DNA from: the human T2T-CHM13v2.0 reference genome, Homo sapiens
DNA length: 64,000 nt
Strand: one strand, 5' to 3'
Assembly (NCBI RefSeq): GCF_009914755.1
Contig: NC_060936.1
Shown piece after piece: positions 1-18,187 of this stretch (position 1 is its first letter; every line of letters begins with the position of its first letter). A program made the translations under genes and the position numbers. A model generated the notes under the pieces. The model was not told where the DNA came from. It saw nothing but the letters and a program-made list of their open reading frames with translations, and did no database searches.

Positions 1-321
1 TTCTGGGTAAGCCGTCACTTTAATGGTACAGGTATTGCTCCTGAGGCTGTGCTTTTTTTCTTTATGCCTGTAATGTGGCTATGCTGTCTGAAGGACAAGC
101 AATAACTTTATAGCCTTGGGGTCCCAGGCATGAAGATGAAGGCATACATCTGCATATTGGAGGGTAAAGGCAGAAAGGCCATGGTTCCTATGGCAATTGT
201 TGAACCATCACAAGAGGCTTGGACTGCCTACTCCTGGACTTCAGTTGGTTTAAGGTTTATGTTTGAGTGGTGAAAGTATCTTAGTTATATGTGCTAGAAT
301 GGTTGAAAGTGAGCTGAGTTT

Positions 322-3631
<3,310 letters not shown>

Positions 3632-4149
3632 GATAGTGAGCTGAGTTTGTGTAGAAGAATCCAGACTAAGTAGAATGGGTCTAGGGTCTTGACTTAACTA
3701 TATGTCAGGCATTTGACATTTAGGCCAGTGGTCTAATATGCGGTGCCTATTGTGTAGTAGCCAATTAATATTTACTCTGAGCTGACACTGGTATTCAAGG
3801 AAGCTGCACATGGAAGATAAGACATACAAAGTTTGCATCATGATCAGGAGGGGGGTATCAATGTTTCTAACTGATTAGAATTCCAGCCAGAAATTAAATA
3901 TATGTTCAGTAGAAGTTTCTATTGCGGGAGAGAATTGGTAAAGCTAGGGAACGCTCAAAGACATACCCCAGTCCCAGCCTCCACAAGGTGAGATTCAAAG
4001 CAGAACTTCCAATGGGAGAAATGAAACACTAGACAGTAATATGAAGCAAACACCCTCAATAGCATCAGTCTATGCAGAGAATACTGAGAGATAAAACTAG
4101 TCAGATTTTAATTTTTAATTAAATTCTTAATTTAATGATAGAACCCACT

Positions 4150-4500
4150 AAATTCCTTAAGAATTAGATGTGAGATGTGAGAGAAAGGAAAACTCAGGCA
4201 TGATCCTTGAATCATGCTTTAGGCTGAGCCACTGGGAGGACATCAAGTGAGCTGAAGAGACTTGGAGAACAGCTTTGGAAGGAAGATCAAGAGCTCAGAT
4301 TTGGACAACACAAACAACATAATCAAACATACAAAGCCCATTTGGACATCCAATTTAAATTGTTTATCAGATATCCACATAGAGATCTTAAGTAGATAGT
4401 TGGATATATGAGTGTCACATTTTGGAGACAATTCTAGGCAGGAGTAGAAATATGAGCATGACCAGCAAATAATTCATATTTAAGGTCAGGAGACTAACAA
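4150..4500 (-). mobile_element. L2 fragment (ancient LINE)
   Basis: Diverged L2-like motifs (GGAAGATCAAGAGCTCAGATTTGGACA; AGTTGGATATATGAG). Boundaries approximate. Confidence 0.55.
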
Positions 4501-5057
4501 GACACAGCTAACAAATGATGGAGCTGGGATTAGGATTTGGTTAAGTCTAAGCAAAGGTGTGAATGCAGTCTAGAATGAGTGGATATGAAAAAGCAAGGCT
4601 AATGTATAATGGTAAAGCCATTTAACCTTCTTGGCTGGAAGGCTAGTCAAGGAAGGGTTATGTAGCTAAAACTGCAATGAGAAGTTCACAGCCATTAGGA
4701 AAGTAGAGTAATTTCTTACATGCAATTTCATTTTTACTGGATCAGGGAAATATTTGGAGTTAAATATGAAGTGGGACCAGCTGAAAATAGTAGGTTAGAA
4801 AATAGTACTTCAGTGGACTCCAAGCACAAAGAGGGCCAGATGTGTAAGTATTAATACAAACCTAGTGACTATCAGAGCTCTGGAGAACAATAGCATAAAT
4901 GAGGAAACAGCTTAAGAAAAGGCTGTTATCATAATTTATTATATTTGAATATATAGTAATCATACCTATCATTATGTACCTGTCATTTGGAGGTCTTTGA
5001 ATATTTAATTATGTAATTTGTATTTCTGTAGGATTTTGCACAAAAGTGCTGTGTTGA

Positions 5058-5447
<390 letters not shown>

Positions 5448-6625
5448 TAAGTTTTTCCCATGAAGATTTACATTTACTTCTTCTAGATCCTGGGAACACA
5501 ACTGATCCTAAAACATGACCAACAAATATGAAGCTTAAGGGATTTTTGGAACCACAAATGAAAGTGTGAATTGGTGTTATAATCTCCTGTGATAGTGTGT
5601 GGTAATGCATTCTCAAGGGAGATTCTTCTTTTCCACCATCTAGCTCAAAATTTAGGACAAGAAAGTTTCTTTGTTTTACCCTTCTGTGGGGAAAAAATTT
5701 ACCCTTTCATTCTTCATTGTACTGTTTATAGTTCTAGTGTTCTAGGACTGTTCTGGTACTAAAGGAAGTCTCACACTTTCCTTTGCAAGCTCCACATCAC
5801 TGGATTTTGACCTTTGTCCTCAGGGCAAAATTAGATTTGGTAGTGACTTATTTCTCTGAGTTCCTATTTTCCATTCAACTTTGTTTTATTCTTATATTTT
5901 TACAGACTCAATGGTGCTTTTAAATATTATTTTGCTTAAAAAAATGTATGCATTATGTGTAGCTGTATTATCAAAGACTGTAGGTCAGAAGCCCTTAGAC
6001 TTCATGTCAGGCCCTTTAATTGTTTTCTAAAGAATATGTTGCTAGAGTTGTTCTTAAACGAAAGTAAGCTTTTACAGCACAGACTTCAAACTAGAAATTC
6101 TGGCTTATGTAGTAGACACTAACTTAATATCAGAGAATGTGAAATTGTTTGCTTCTGGCTTATCTTTTATGTGCTGTGTTCAAAGTAACCACAATCTTGT
6201 CTGCACTTCACTGTGTGTTGCAATCTTGAAGTTAAGAGGACAGCACTCTATCACTCATCCACATCTCAGCAAAGTACTATGGTTTTAATAAGGGCAATTT
6301 CATCATTAAATATAAAATTGGCATGAAATGACATAGCAGTCTTTGTTAACTTGTTTCTGTGATCAAAACAGACATGCACTCCGGGACTGTCCATCTGGCA
6401 CCTTCAGTGACAAATTAAAACTTGATTTTTAATTATTGCAATAGTTACCATTAACAATTTTAAAAAGAATGCAATTTTATTTCAAGTTTAGAGTCTTCTT
6501 CCTCAACTTCTGAGTAAATGTTGTTCTATCACATTCATTTCTCGTATATCTGCGTATGAAAAAATATTATCTAAATATATACATATATATCTTGTGTTTT
6601 GTGTGTCTTTTTACAGATTAGTATT

Positions 6626-6988
6626 TGTCTTAGACTGTTTAGGCTGCCATGACAAAATACCATAGACTGGGCAGCTTATAAACAACAACAGTTTATTTTG
6701 ACCAGTTCCTGGAGGATGGGAAGTCCAAGATCAAGGTGATGGCAGATTCAGTGTCCAGCGAGGGCTCATTTCCTGCTTCATAGATGACACCTTCTCACTG
6801 TGTCTTTATATGGTGGAGGAAGGCAAGGCAACTCTCTGGGACTGCTTTTATAAGGGCACTGATTTCATTTATGAGGGCTTCATCCTCATGACCTAATCAC
6901 CTTCGAACTTCCCCCACCTAATACCATTACACTGGTGACTAGATTCAACATACGAATTTGGGGAGACATAAACATTCAGACAATATTA
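6626..6988 (-). mobile_element. MLT1A/MLT1A0 solo LTR (ERVL-MaLR)
   Basis: TGTCTTAG...GGAAGTCCAAGATCAAGGTG...AACATTCAGAC. 5-bp TSD GTATT/ATATT. Confidence 0.85.
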
Positions 6989-9900
6989 ATATTTAAATGC
7001 CCTCAGACATTCAAAATTACCAAATGTTAGGGAAAATATTATATTGTTTTATTCCAGGTTATTTCTGTTCTCCTAGATCATTAGAATGATTGGTAGTAAA
7101 GCTGGTTGGTCACTGTAGACAGCAGTTACCCCATTTATTTCCTCCAAAGCTGATATAAACTGCCAGTAAACCATACTCTTTTTAGCATCTTATGCCTATG
7201 CTTATGTTTACAGATAGAATTCTTCTTTGAGAAACCTGAATTATTCTTTCGGTTACAATTTCATGTTTATAGAGAATATTTTTTTCTATGCAATACTGAT
7301 TATCAAAGTTTTGTTTCTCTTTTCTTTTCTTTTTTTGCCATGGCTGCAGTCCAGCATGCCTGAATAGACAATATTAAATATTGAACAATCATTTAAAAAT
7401 ATGTAAATGGTAATATAATATATTGACCAACGTCAAGCTAAGCCAAGAGCAGTTTTTTCTTTGCATTGATCTGAGGGATTTAACATTTGGATTATGATGA
7501 AGTCTTTGACTTGACTCCTCTGTCACAGAGCAAATTCATCTTCTATTTGAGGGCATTCAAACTAGAGTTCAACCTGCTCTGTTGCTGGCAACACCAGGTG
7601 ATAGATATAATATTTCTCATGTTAATTGAAAAAATTGAGATTTTTCCTTAACCATATGTTGACATCCAGTGAGTTAACAGCACTTAAACTTTGGAATGTC
7701 AGATTGTTACTTTAGTTTTTGTATGTGGACCTGAATAGAAACAGATATTTGGAATGTTCGTTCGTATGCACACTTTATCTTGCCACTTCAATGCTCATAT
7801 TCAAGTTTTAAAAGGGAACTTTATTTTTTTTAACTATTCCAGCTCTTAGTTGATTGAGTTAGAGCAAAACCAAGAATGGACATGTCTAGTTTGAACACTG
7901 GGTGACCCACAACCATTTAGTGTGCAGAGGGTCTCAGATGTAGAAGAGTTCAAAAGCATTGTCCAGATAGAGAGAAAGGGTGACAAAATTTTCCATAACT
8001 TCTTTCTTCCCTTCTTAGTAGCAGCCAGTTTTCTCAAACATGAACACTGTTTCCAAGAAGCAACTTTATTGCTTTTCCTTACAATTAGGGAAAAGAAGGC
8101 AATGGTGTTCAAATGATGCCTGACAGCCTGGGTAACAAGCACCAACCATCTGTGCTATAGCAGCACTGTTTGTATTTTTAATGTTTACACATACAGCAAA
8201 GATAATTAAAAATAACTATAATTAAAAACGATTACAACAAATTACTTTTCCCTCAACGGTAATATGTGCCTGTAACTTATAAGTTACTTACTAAAGTGAC
8301 CTTTATGGAGTCTAACAAGAAAACATTACAATTCCTGCCTTGTTTCTGAAAGTTTATAGATTTGGGGGAGGGGAGTTTTTCTAACTATGAAGTCATTTGG
8401 CTTTTTTGTACTTCACAAGCATTTGAAAGTATGGGCATTATCTCTGTATTAATAATATTGGTATTTTTTTTTCTCAGAAGGAAAGATTAAATGTAATTTT
8501 TTTTCCAAAAATGGTAAAATGACTGAGGGGTTAAAAAAATTTTTTTAAGAAAAGCTAACTCGGCTCCTTGAACAGGCTTTCATTAAAATAATTGAATTTG
8601 TTCATAATGTCATATGAAATATGGGGAGACGATTCATTTCAGAACAGTAGTTTTCTGTATCCTGTTACAATCCTTGGAATCTTCAAATACCCTCAAAAAC
8701 CTTCTCTATAGAAGATGCTGGTTAGTAACAAGATCTGAATAGCTGGCTTCAGGTGAAGAGTAGAGAAGCTGACATGACCCTTGTGGAAGGGCTTGAGATT
8801 TAGCCAGAAGGTATAGTGTTGAGGTTCAGGGCACAGCCCTGGGAACCAGATTGTCTAGGTTCCAGTTCTGTTCTGGTAACTTCAGGGAGGGGCACGCTGA
8901 ATGAAGCTGGGAGACAAATTGCATCTTCATAGAATACTTAGGAACATTTTAAACTTGAGTGTCTAATTAGGAAACTAAGGGGCCTGGAGATCTTATAAAT
9001 GAGGAGACTTAAACCTCTTCACATTTTAGAAAATATTATGCCTTGTGATGATTATCCTAGCTCAGGTGACCTCTCCTCATGTAGATCACCTCTGTTTCCT
9101 TGAGTATTTCTTGGAGTTTTTAGAGAGAATTTCTTATATGCTCAGATAGAAGTCTTCTTTACAATATTCACACTGTGGTGCCTGGCATCTCTGCCAGGCC
9201 CTCAGGGAACTTTTTCTTTCTCTGCTGTTGTTCCACAGTTCCCACCAGGCACAATTTGCCATTGGAAACAGATCTGACCCTTCAGGGTACCAAAGTTGTG
9301 TTGCAATTACGCTTGTACTCCAGCGTAGTCAAATGACTCTTTGGTTTGTTTGTTTTCCTTATAATTCTTTCTCTCCTAGAACCCAGGCATGAATCTAGGG
9401 AGTGTGGACAGATACAGGTGATAGCAACTCTATTTTTCCCAGTATCCTGATTCTTTACAACTTTGTTACATGTCTGTTCAAATTCATCGAGGCAGGTCCT
9501 TCTTCCCTAAGGATACATTCTCTTCTAAAAGACTTCCTGCTCTTTAGCTTCCCTTGCAAATAGGCTTCTGTCAGACTACCCCACTGATGGACAATCTTGA
9601 CCATATGTCTGAACCCTGGTAGAAGTCATCCTTACTTGCTCTTTCAGAGCTTCCTTAATCCCCATAAATCAGTTTCCTTTAGACTAGACACACAAGTCCA
9701 GTCAAAGTGCCCAGACATGCTACTTAAATATACTACCAGCTGAAAGAAATTTTAAAACATATTTGGGTTACTAATACTGTCTTTAAACTTTTTTGAATAA
9801 TATAAACTTGGCTATTTCACAAAATGATTTCAGTTCAAGCAAAGTAAGGCAATCAATTATGTTCTTCCTTTCTTCTTTTTACCTTCTACTGAGCAGTTTT

Positions 9901-10589
9901 CTTCCCCTTTTTCCTTTCTCCTTTCTATATTCATTTTTGCTCTCAAGCATGGCTATGTTAATGGAACAATACATTAGGAAATTAGTCCAGATGTTTTTCC
10001 TCAGAATTACGTGAGTCGTAATAGCACTTGAAACCTCACTTCTAACAAATTTTAATGCCTCATTAAAAAATTAAGATGTGCAAATAAGTTACATGTTATT
10101 GTAGTTTATTATAATGTATATCATTTATAAAAATTATAGAGTAAATGTATTTTCATCAGATGACTTTCATGTGTTAGTGCTGAATGCCCTCCTAATTCAC
10201 TTGGGTTTAATGTGAACCCAGATGCTTTCACATTTGATATCACTGGTGAAATAAAAGGAGGCAGGAAAGACAAAGGAAAATTGTGGATTAATATTTATTA
10301 GTGTGTGGTGCTATGCAGCTAACTAGTCAACAGTTTGAGCTCTTCTACTTTCTCCTACGGACTAAGTTGGGGAGGGGTGGTAGAAGGAGCCTGTTATGAC
10401 CCATTCAAAGGGTAGTAATTTTCATTGTAATGGCAAATATGTTGAAACAAAGACATGAATGACCACAGGCACATGGAAAAATTATAGATGCTTATTTCGT
10501 TTTATGAGAAAATAAAAACATTTTATTAAGAATGTAAACATATATGCTAATTTAACCATATTAGTTAAGTGTTTATTAAAATGCTAATA

Positions 10590-10933
10590 GAGTCACATGC
10601 TACATAATCATGTTTTGATCAATAGTTGGCCACACATATGGCCATGGTTCCGTAAGATTATAATATCATATTTTTATTCTACCTTTCTATGTTTAGATAT
10701 GTAGATATAAAAGTACTTACCATTGTGTTATAATTGTCTACAGTATTCAATATAGTAACGTGCTGTACACATTTGTAGCCTAGGAGCAATAGGCTTTACC
10801 ACAAAGCCTAGGTGTGTAGCAGGCTATAAAATCTAGACTTGCGTAAGTGCACTCTAAGATGTTCGCACAACAACAAAATTGCCTGATGACATATTTCTCA
10901 GAACATATCCTGTTGTTAAGTTGTGTGTGCCTA
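10590..10933 (+). mobile_element. Tigger3a/MER7A non-autonomous DNA transposon
   Basis: TAAGATTATAATA...TTACCATTGTGTTA...GTAGCCTAGGAGCAATAGGCT...TTTCTCAGAACATATCC, flanked by TA. Reverse-complement homologous to 30787-31131. Confidence 0.85.
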
Positions 10934-13664
10934 TAATTCAATAAGATCAAATGACGTATCTAGCTGCAACATATTATGTAGTCTTTATATTACTGGAGAG
11001 GAACTGTGAGGTTCAATGTACTGTAGAATCAACAAGTAAACAAAATTAAATGAGCACCACTGTCATGTTGTGTCATGGACACAAAACCATACCAAATGTT
11101 TATATAATAAAATTTCTATCTGTGAAGTCTAAGGCAAACCCAGTTGAGGCAAAGTTCTAAAGCAAGAAGAGGTAAATTTTGCTATGTTGTTTCTAAGGGT
11201 ACTTCACTGAGGACAAATTTGAATGATAATTGACAAATTGAGGCAGAAGAAAGTCAATATTAGTACCCAAAGAGCTAGAACCATGCGTTAGAGCCAAGAG
11301 GCCTGTATTTTGATGCAGCATGAGTTGAATGAACACAAAGGAGCAATCACTGAAGTGTGCAAGGTCGTGAACAAGGGTGAGATTCCTGAAACGCTTTCAT
11401 TGTTGCTGGTTTTTTACCTGATGGTGCAGAAACTTGCTTCAGGGATCGACATAAGGCTGGAGAGCTCCAGATGATTAGATACTATTCTCAGGATAAAATT
11501 GTTTGACAATACGCTTTTAGTGAAGATCTATTCAACGGATTATTTATTACGCACCAAGTATATATCAAGCACTATAGATGGCATTGGGGATACAGCAGTG
11601 AATAAAGTATGGTCCTCGTTCACATATTAAAATGAGAAATTGTAATGCAACTGTTAAGTGGAAGTTAGTAGACAGTACTGTGGGAACACAAAGAGTATAA
11701 CCACACTTGGTCTAAGATGGTCAGAAGAGATTTGCAGATGAATAATGCCAAGGCAGAACACCTTTAATTGCGTAAAAATTACTAGATAATGAGACAAGTT
11801 ATCCTGTGTAGAGGCCCATAGCCTAGCATGCTTGGAGGATGAATCACAGGTGGCTGAGCAAGTGTGAAAAGAAATAGACGCTAGATCATGGGTCTCTTCT
11901 TCATATATTGGAGTTGGAGGGGGTGGGATATTAAGTAATTCTGTTGAGTTCATAAGACACAGGAAGTTCCTTCTATTAGCTTCGATTATTTGCTCTGCTA
12001 AACGACATTGCACGTAGCTCAGGAAGGTCTCTTTCAGGTCAGTAGACATTATGAACCCATGACTTGTAGGAACTTTGTCTGTAAGTGTCCTGTCAGGGAG
12101 TTCATCTCTTGAGATTTACTATTACAGGACTTAGCTACTTTTAGTTGAAAGTGCAAATTTTAATTTAGCAAAAAGTGTTACACATAATACCAACTTATCC
12201 ACACATATTTTAAAATTTTACTTCCAGAAAGTGATTGCAAATCTATGATTGATCATTATAACACGATGTTGACTCAGGATTGACAATAATATAAAATCAA
12301 AAAAACAAATAAAAAACCTGCCAAATTTTTTTCCTTGACCAGATTTCAGTGGAATGTGTTAACAAATCATGTTAAAAAACAATAACAAACAAAATTTCTG
12401 TTTAAAGTAATTTGGGTTTAGTGAGGAAAAATGACAATTGGGTAGAATGTGAAATCTAGATTAATGAATAAATTAAAAACAAAAGAATGTAAAGAATGAA
12501 GGGAAGGGAGTAAAATTTGAGATTGGAAGGAAGTAATCCAGCTGTGTTTTTAATGTTTTAAAACATTTTCTCTTAAATTTCTTAGAAATTATAAAAATCT
12601 TTTTCACATAGAAAATCCATACCTGTTAATGAAAGCAGTCAATGTTGTTTTTGTTTTAACAAGACAATGTAGTAGTTGCAGGATTTGATACCACCTTTCA
12701 TGTGACTGGGGGAAAGTGAACTGTACAGAAAAACAGTAATTGTCTCTAAGTAGCAGAAACTGCAACTTAAAAGAGATAGGTTGTTTCAATTTATGTTCTG
12801 TGATAAGGGATCTTTGGAATAAAATGCATATCAGAATAAATGTTAATATTTGTCTATCTTTCCAATTGTGGCTTTGCTTTCAAGAGCAGTTTAATTCAGC
12901 CTGGTAAAGAACTTACCACAATATTGACAAGAAGGGAAAGAAAGAGTTCCCCGGTATCCAGGTCATAGGAATAAGTTTCCATTAAGTATCTATTCTTACA
13001 TGAAGCTTAAAGATACCTTTGCTCAGGAACCTTTTAAATTTCCGTTTGGTAATTTATTTAAGTATTTATTCTGGACACAGGAGATGAAGATGTAAGGAAA
13101 AGAGTGATAGAAGAAATTGGAACTTCAAAACTAGCAAATCTTGCCATATATATATATATTCTTTCAAACACAGATTTAATTTTAGGTTTATTATAAATAT
13201 GTCTATTTACAAAGTAATGAAACTGATTTTTTTAAACAAACTGTAGTAGAATTATAGAATTAGATAAAGCTATGCTTCAAAGTATTCCCCTTGGAATGCA
13301 TGCATTTATTCTAAATATGCTGCAATTTTTCAAGCCAAATTTATAATTCCTCTTTTGAGATTATTTTTAACAATTACTATTTTACCAGCCACACAAAAAA
13401 ATTGATCTCTTTATGTTATAAGTAAATCACACATTTTAGATATCAACTGCCATATTATCTAGTCTTATCACTCTATCTTCAAGTCCAGTACTGATTATGA
13501 AAGATGTCTCATTGTTACTAAGAAAAAATTAAAAACACAGTCAACATATTAAAACTTATCCCCAGTAAGGATATCCTTAACAAGTGAATAAATGCATGAA
13601 ATATTAAGATAAAAAATATATGTTTGCAATTCAGAATATACTGGGGTATATACTGGGCAAGGCA

Positions 13665-13851
13665 TTTTTATTTATTTACTTTATTTATTTGTTTAGTTAT
13701 AGAATCTTGCTATGTTCCCCAGGCTGGAATGCGGTGTCTATTACAAACACAATCATCGTGCACTCTGTCTGAAATTCTGGGCCTCAAGGGATTTTCTCAT
13801 CTTGGCCTCCAGGGTAGCTGGGGCTACAGGTGTGCACCATTCTGCCTGACC
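13665..13851 (-). mobile_element. FAM (fossil Alu monomer)
   Basis: Monomer retaining the FAM-specific segment (GCTATGTT..CAGGCTGGAATGCGGTGTCTATTACAAACACAATCAT, compare FAM GTGGCTATTCACAGGCGCGATCAT). (TTTA)n tail. Confidence 0.75.
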
Positions 13852-14149
13852 TCAGAAGATCACTTTAACAGTTTCAAACGAATCAATCTCAGCATCAGTA
13901 GAATAAGTCTGCACGCTCTGGGTTTAGCCATCTAAGATGGGACTAGATTCATTTGCAAGAATAAGTGCTTCTATGCTTGCTCAACAAACATCACCTAGCT
14001 TTATAGGCATACTGTGTAAATAGAAAACAGTGCTGTACACATAAAAATGAGTATAATGAGCATGTCCTTTTACCAAAAGGAAGCAATTATACTCAGTAGT
14101 AAGTAATTATTTTAGTGAAAAGTACATTTGCTTTTCAATTTTATTCCAT

Positions 14150-14345
14150 ACTAGAGTTTGAGCTGAAAGAGACCTTGGAGACCAGTTAGTCCAACCCACT
14201 TATTATTTCATAGGAGAAGAAAATGTGTCACAGAGAAACTGGAGGCTAGGTGACTAATTTGAGGTTACATAGTTAGTTGTAAGTCTTGAGCAAGAATCAG
14301 TTACTTGACCATTGATATGAGATTCTTCCCATTACTTCCTAGTGT
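14150..14345 (-). mobile_element. MIR (MIRc/MIR3-like) SINE
   Basis: GAGCTGAAAGAGACCTTGGAGA..AGTCCAACCC..GAGGTTACATAGTTAG core. Confidence 0.6.
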
Positions 14346-14767
14346 GTCCCTGGTAGGATTTATTTCATATGAGAATTACATAATCCAAGGCAATTTTTAA
14401 ATGTTAAATTATAGAATATGTTAATGTGTCTTCTGTGGACTTTAAAAAGATAAAGCAGTGCTGTTAACTTTGTTTCACATGCCAAGAACACTATACTTTT
14501 TAAAAGTCACATGTGGGTGATTCAGAAATGTGGATCGCTTAAGAAAAAGTCTAGTTTCTTTTTCGCTGGTAGAACTGTTTGTTTTATTATTTTACTCAGA
14601 CTGATTTATGAAATCATAGTGTTCATTTTCAATTTTACTTACTTTTTTTTACCCTGACATTAATACCTACTGAGTGCTCTTGATGTATTGTTTCCTAGCC
14701 AATATTTTATTCTGTTTCTTTCAAGATTTCTACAAAATATTTTAGAAAATGTTTTTTCCTTTTTTGT

Positions 14768-14952
<185 letters not shown>

Positions 14953-15080
14953 TCGATGGTGTCTTGCTCTCTTGCCAGGCTGGAGAGCAGAGGCGCGATC
15001 TCGGCTCACTGCAACCCTCGTCTTCCAGGGTTCAAGCGATTCTCCTGCCTCAGCCTCCTGAGTAGCTGGGACAACAGACA
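14953..15080 (-). mobile_element. Alu right arm only (AluSc-like)
   Basis: TCTTGCCAGGCTGG shows the AluSc-type 1-bp deletion. Match stops after GTAGCTGGGACAACAGACAC. Confidence 0.85.
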
Positions 15081-15202
15081 CAGCAGCTCACACTGTAATC
15101 CCAGCACTTTGGGAAGCCAAGAAGGGTGGATCACCTGAGGTCAGCAGTTCGAGACCAGCCTGGCCAACATGGCAAAACCCGGTCTCTACTAAAAATAGAA
15201 AA
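15081..15202 (+). mobile_element. Alu left arm only (AluSx-like), inverted relative to the adjoining right arm
   Basis: GCTCACACTGTAATCCCAGCACTTTGGGA...GGATCACCTGAGGTCAG...CTCTACTAAAAATAGAAAAA. Confidence 0.88.
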
Positions 15203-15257
15203 ACTTTCTTCTTTGCATTTTACAAAGATGTATTTAAACACTGAAAATCATGAGTAA

Positions 15258-15623
15258 TATCTTCGGCCATTCAGGCTGCTGTACTAAAATACTTTATATT
15301 GGATAATTTAGAAACAACATAACTTTATTTCTTGTAGTGCTGGAGGCTGGAAAGTCCAAGATCAAGGTGCCAGACAATTTGGTGTTTGGCGAGACCTTGC
15401 TCTCTGTTTTATAGAAGGCACCTCCCTACTGCTTTCTCACATGGCAAGAGGGGCAAATGAACTCCTTCAGGCCTTTTGTGTGAGGGTACCTATCCTATTC
15501 ATGAAAGATCTATCCTCATGACTTAATCATCTCCCAAAAAGCCTCATCTCTTAAACTATCATATTGGGGATTATGTTTCAACAAATGAATTTTGAGGAGA
15601 ACAGACACATTCAGCCCATAGGA
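15258..15623 (-). mobile_element. MLT1A-like solo LTR
   Basis: Homologous to 6626-6988 (GGAGGCTGGAAAGTCCAAGATCAAGGTGCC...CACATTCAGCCCATAG). Confidence 0.8.
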
Positions 15624-16229
15624 GGTAGGTATACATTTTTAATATGATCTTTGTCCAAAACATGTTATCAGAAGATCCTTTTGGCAATAAAGTATTCAAT
15701 TATGATTCTTTTTAATTTTAGTTAATAGAGTCAGTGTGGTCCTTTTTTTCTTTCTTTTTCATCACAATCTTTTAATTTAAATTTCCAAACTCAAAGTCTT
15801 GCAAGGACATCATGGAAAAACTTTCCAGGTTGGGTGTATCTTTCTATCAAACTGGCCTTGAGGTATGGTGAGGGGAAGATTAATGGGAACACAGGTGAGT
15901 CTCTAATTAAGACAAAGCCACAGTCTTTAAAACATATATTCACACCCATGAAATAAAGGCATAATTTGAAAATTATTTTTATTCAGAAATAATAAAAAAA
16001 CTTAGGACACTGTACTTTAATATTCTCAAAAAAGATGCAAAAACACATGGTCTCTGCTAAGCCAGGATAGAGAATCATAAGTTTGAGATAAAGACAAGGC
16101 AATTAACCCTGACCTGTACTAAAACACATTACACTGAGCAGTAGTTAAATATAGGATGACCAAAACAGGATCCAAATAAAATCTGTGCTGAAGGCAGAAA
16201 GAATGTATTTGACCTTTCAGAAGCCGTAA

Positions 16230-17790
16230 GATGAAAGTGGCTGTGTAGTTGTGTGAGGAGAGCGTTCTATACAAAGAAAACAGCTTGGGCAAAGACATGT
16301 TTTAAAAAAGAGGGTGTAGCCTGTTCAAAAACTAAAAAGCTATTGTGCATAAGATGTAGAATTCTGGGAAGAGTGGCTGGACACGGGGAGAGAGGAGTAA
16401 GCAGAACCAGTTCTTGAAGTGTCCAGGAAGCATTTTTAAAGAGTTTGTACTTTATCCTGAGGGCAATATGGAGCTGTTGAAGATATTTCTTCATCATAGG
16501 GTTGGCACAACAAGAGCTGTATATTAGAAAATCACTCTGGCTGCAATATGGAAAATAGACTGTGCCTGGAGGCATGGGATCAAGCTAAGAAGCACTTGTT
16601 TTAATTTATAGAAGAGAAGATGGTGTTTTGGACAAGGTTAATGCTGATGGAATTGGAGTAAAGTGATTGGATTCAAGAGATATTAAAGAGATAAACTGAA
16701 TAAAATTCGGTGATTGAATATGGGAGAGGAGGGGGAATAATAAATCAAGGGTAACACTTAGGTTTTTAACTTAGATAACAGGGTAAATGGCACTGCCATT
16801 TACTGAGAGTCGAAAAGTAAAAGGAAGCACAGTATTTTGGACAACATAGTGACATTAGTCTTTTATGTTGTATTTGAAGTAAAGATGCTTTTCGACTTAC
16901 GATAGGGTTATGTCCTGATAAACCCATTGTAAATTGAAAATATCGTAAGTTGAAATGAACGTAATATACGTAAGGTACTGAATATTACAGCTTAGCCTAA
17001 ACTGCCTTAAGTGTTCTGAGAACCCACATGAGCCTAAGTTGAGCAAAATCTTTTGACAACAAAGTGCACTGTAGAGTCTCTGTTGTTTTCCCTCGTAATC
17101 ATGTGGCTGACTTGGAGTTGCTGTTCCCTACCTCTGCCTAGCATCTTGAGAGACAGTCATACTGCATAACACTAGCTTAGAAAAAAATAAAAATTTGTAG
17201 TACAAGTTCTGAATGTATATCACTTTCTCACCATCATAAAGTTGAAAAATTATAATTGGGATCATCATAAGTTGGGGACTGTCTATATGTGTATGACAGG
17301 TGTATGCATGATTGACAAGTGAAAATATCAAACAGCAGTTCCATATATGGATCTGGAGTTCAGAAGAAATATCTGGGGGAAACAGTTTTTTTTTGTAGTT
17401 TTTTTCTTATTCAGCATTTATTGTATGATGAATTTCATGTCGATACATTATTTTTAAAATAAAGGGACATAAATGACAAAAACAAAAGCCACTGTGAGAT
17501 CAAGGAAGATATGGACTGAAAAGTTTCCATGTGCTTTAAAGAGAAGAGATCTGTTGGTGGTGTAGTAGGAAGAGGCCAGATTGCAGTGGGTTGAAGAGTG
17601 AGTAGGCTGTTGCGAAGTGGAGACATTAAGCATTGAATCTGAAGAAATTTGGCTGTAAAGACAAAGAAGAAAGGTAAATTTCTAGCTGACGATTGATGTG
17701 CCATCCAGAGAAGCTTTTTTTTGTTATTGTTTTTAAGATGAGGTGACTCTATCATTTTTAACTGTTCACAGGAGTTATGTGGTAGAAAGT
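16230..17790 (-). mobile_element. L2 fragments interrupted by MER47B
   Basis: GAGTTTGTACTTTATCCTGAGGGCAAT; AAAATCACTCTGGCTGCAATATGG; CCAGATTGCAGTGGGTTGAAGAG. Boundaries approximate. Confidence 0.65.
16882..17285 (+). mobile_element. MER47B (Tigger-family DNA transposon)
   Basis: AGATGCTTTTCGACTTACGATAGGGTTATGTCCTGATAAACCC...CATAAGTTGGGGACTGTCT terminal inverted repeats, TA flanks. Confidence 0.8.
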
Positions 17791-18187
17791 GGCAGGCTGG
17801 AGTTATGCGGCTCACTTTCTAGCCAGAAGGAGGGAGACTGAATGGAGGCACATTGGTAAGTTAGGTGATGGCAGAGTGTGAGGTTTCTCATCCATGTTAG
17901 TGTATTTTAAAAATAGGATATAATGGGAGAAGTTGTTTGCTGAAAATGAGGGGAGTCTAAGGTAGAGGATGCAGAGGGGCTTGAGAGAGTCTTTGTGCTC
18001 ATTAGGAGTGAAAATTGACTTGAAAAACAGGGTACGTTGAGCCCTTCAGGGATTGGAGATCAGAATTTATAGTGGCACTATGTATCTTCCAGATTGCCAG
18101 CTTTCTCCTGAAGCTCTCATCTTCTTGAACATAGGTGCATCAAATGTGGCTAATCCAACTGATTCCTTTGTAAGGACTTCCTCCTTT

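Noticed and set aside
4720-4780. Minus-strand peptide WSHFIFNSKYFPDPVKMKLH resembling a GH31 glycosidase motif
   Set aside because: Only 20 residues, weak splice donor and no supporting neighbouring exons; probably coincidence.
11654-12049. 131-aa minus-strand ORF
   Set aside because: No recognisable domain; lies in diverged L2-like or anonymous sequence; length attainable by chance.
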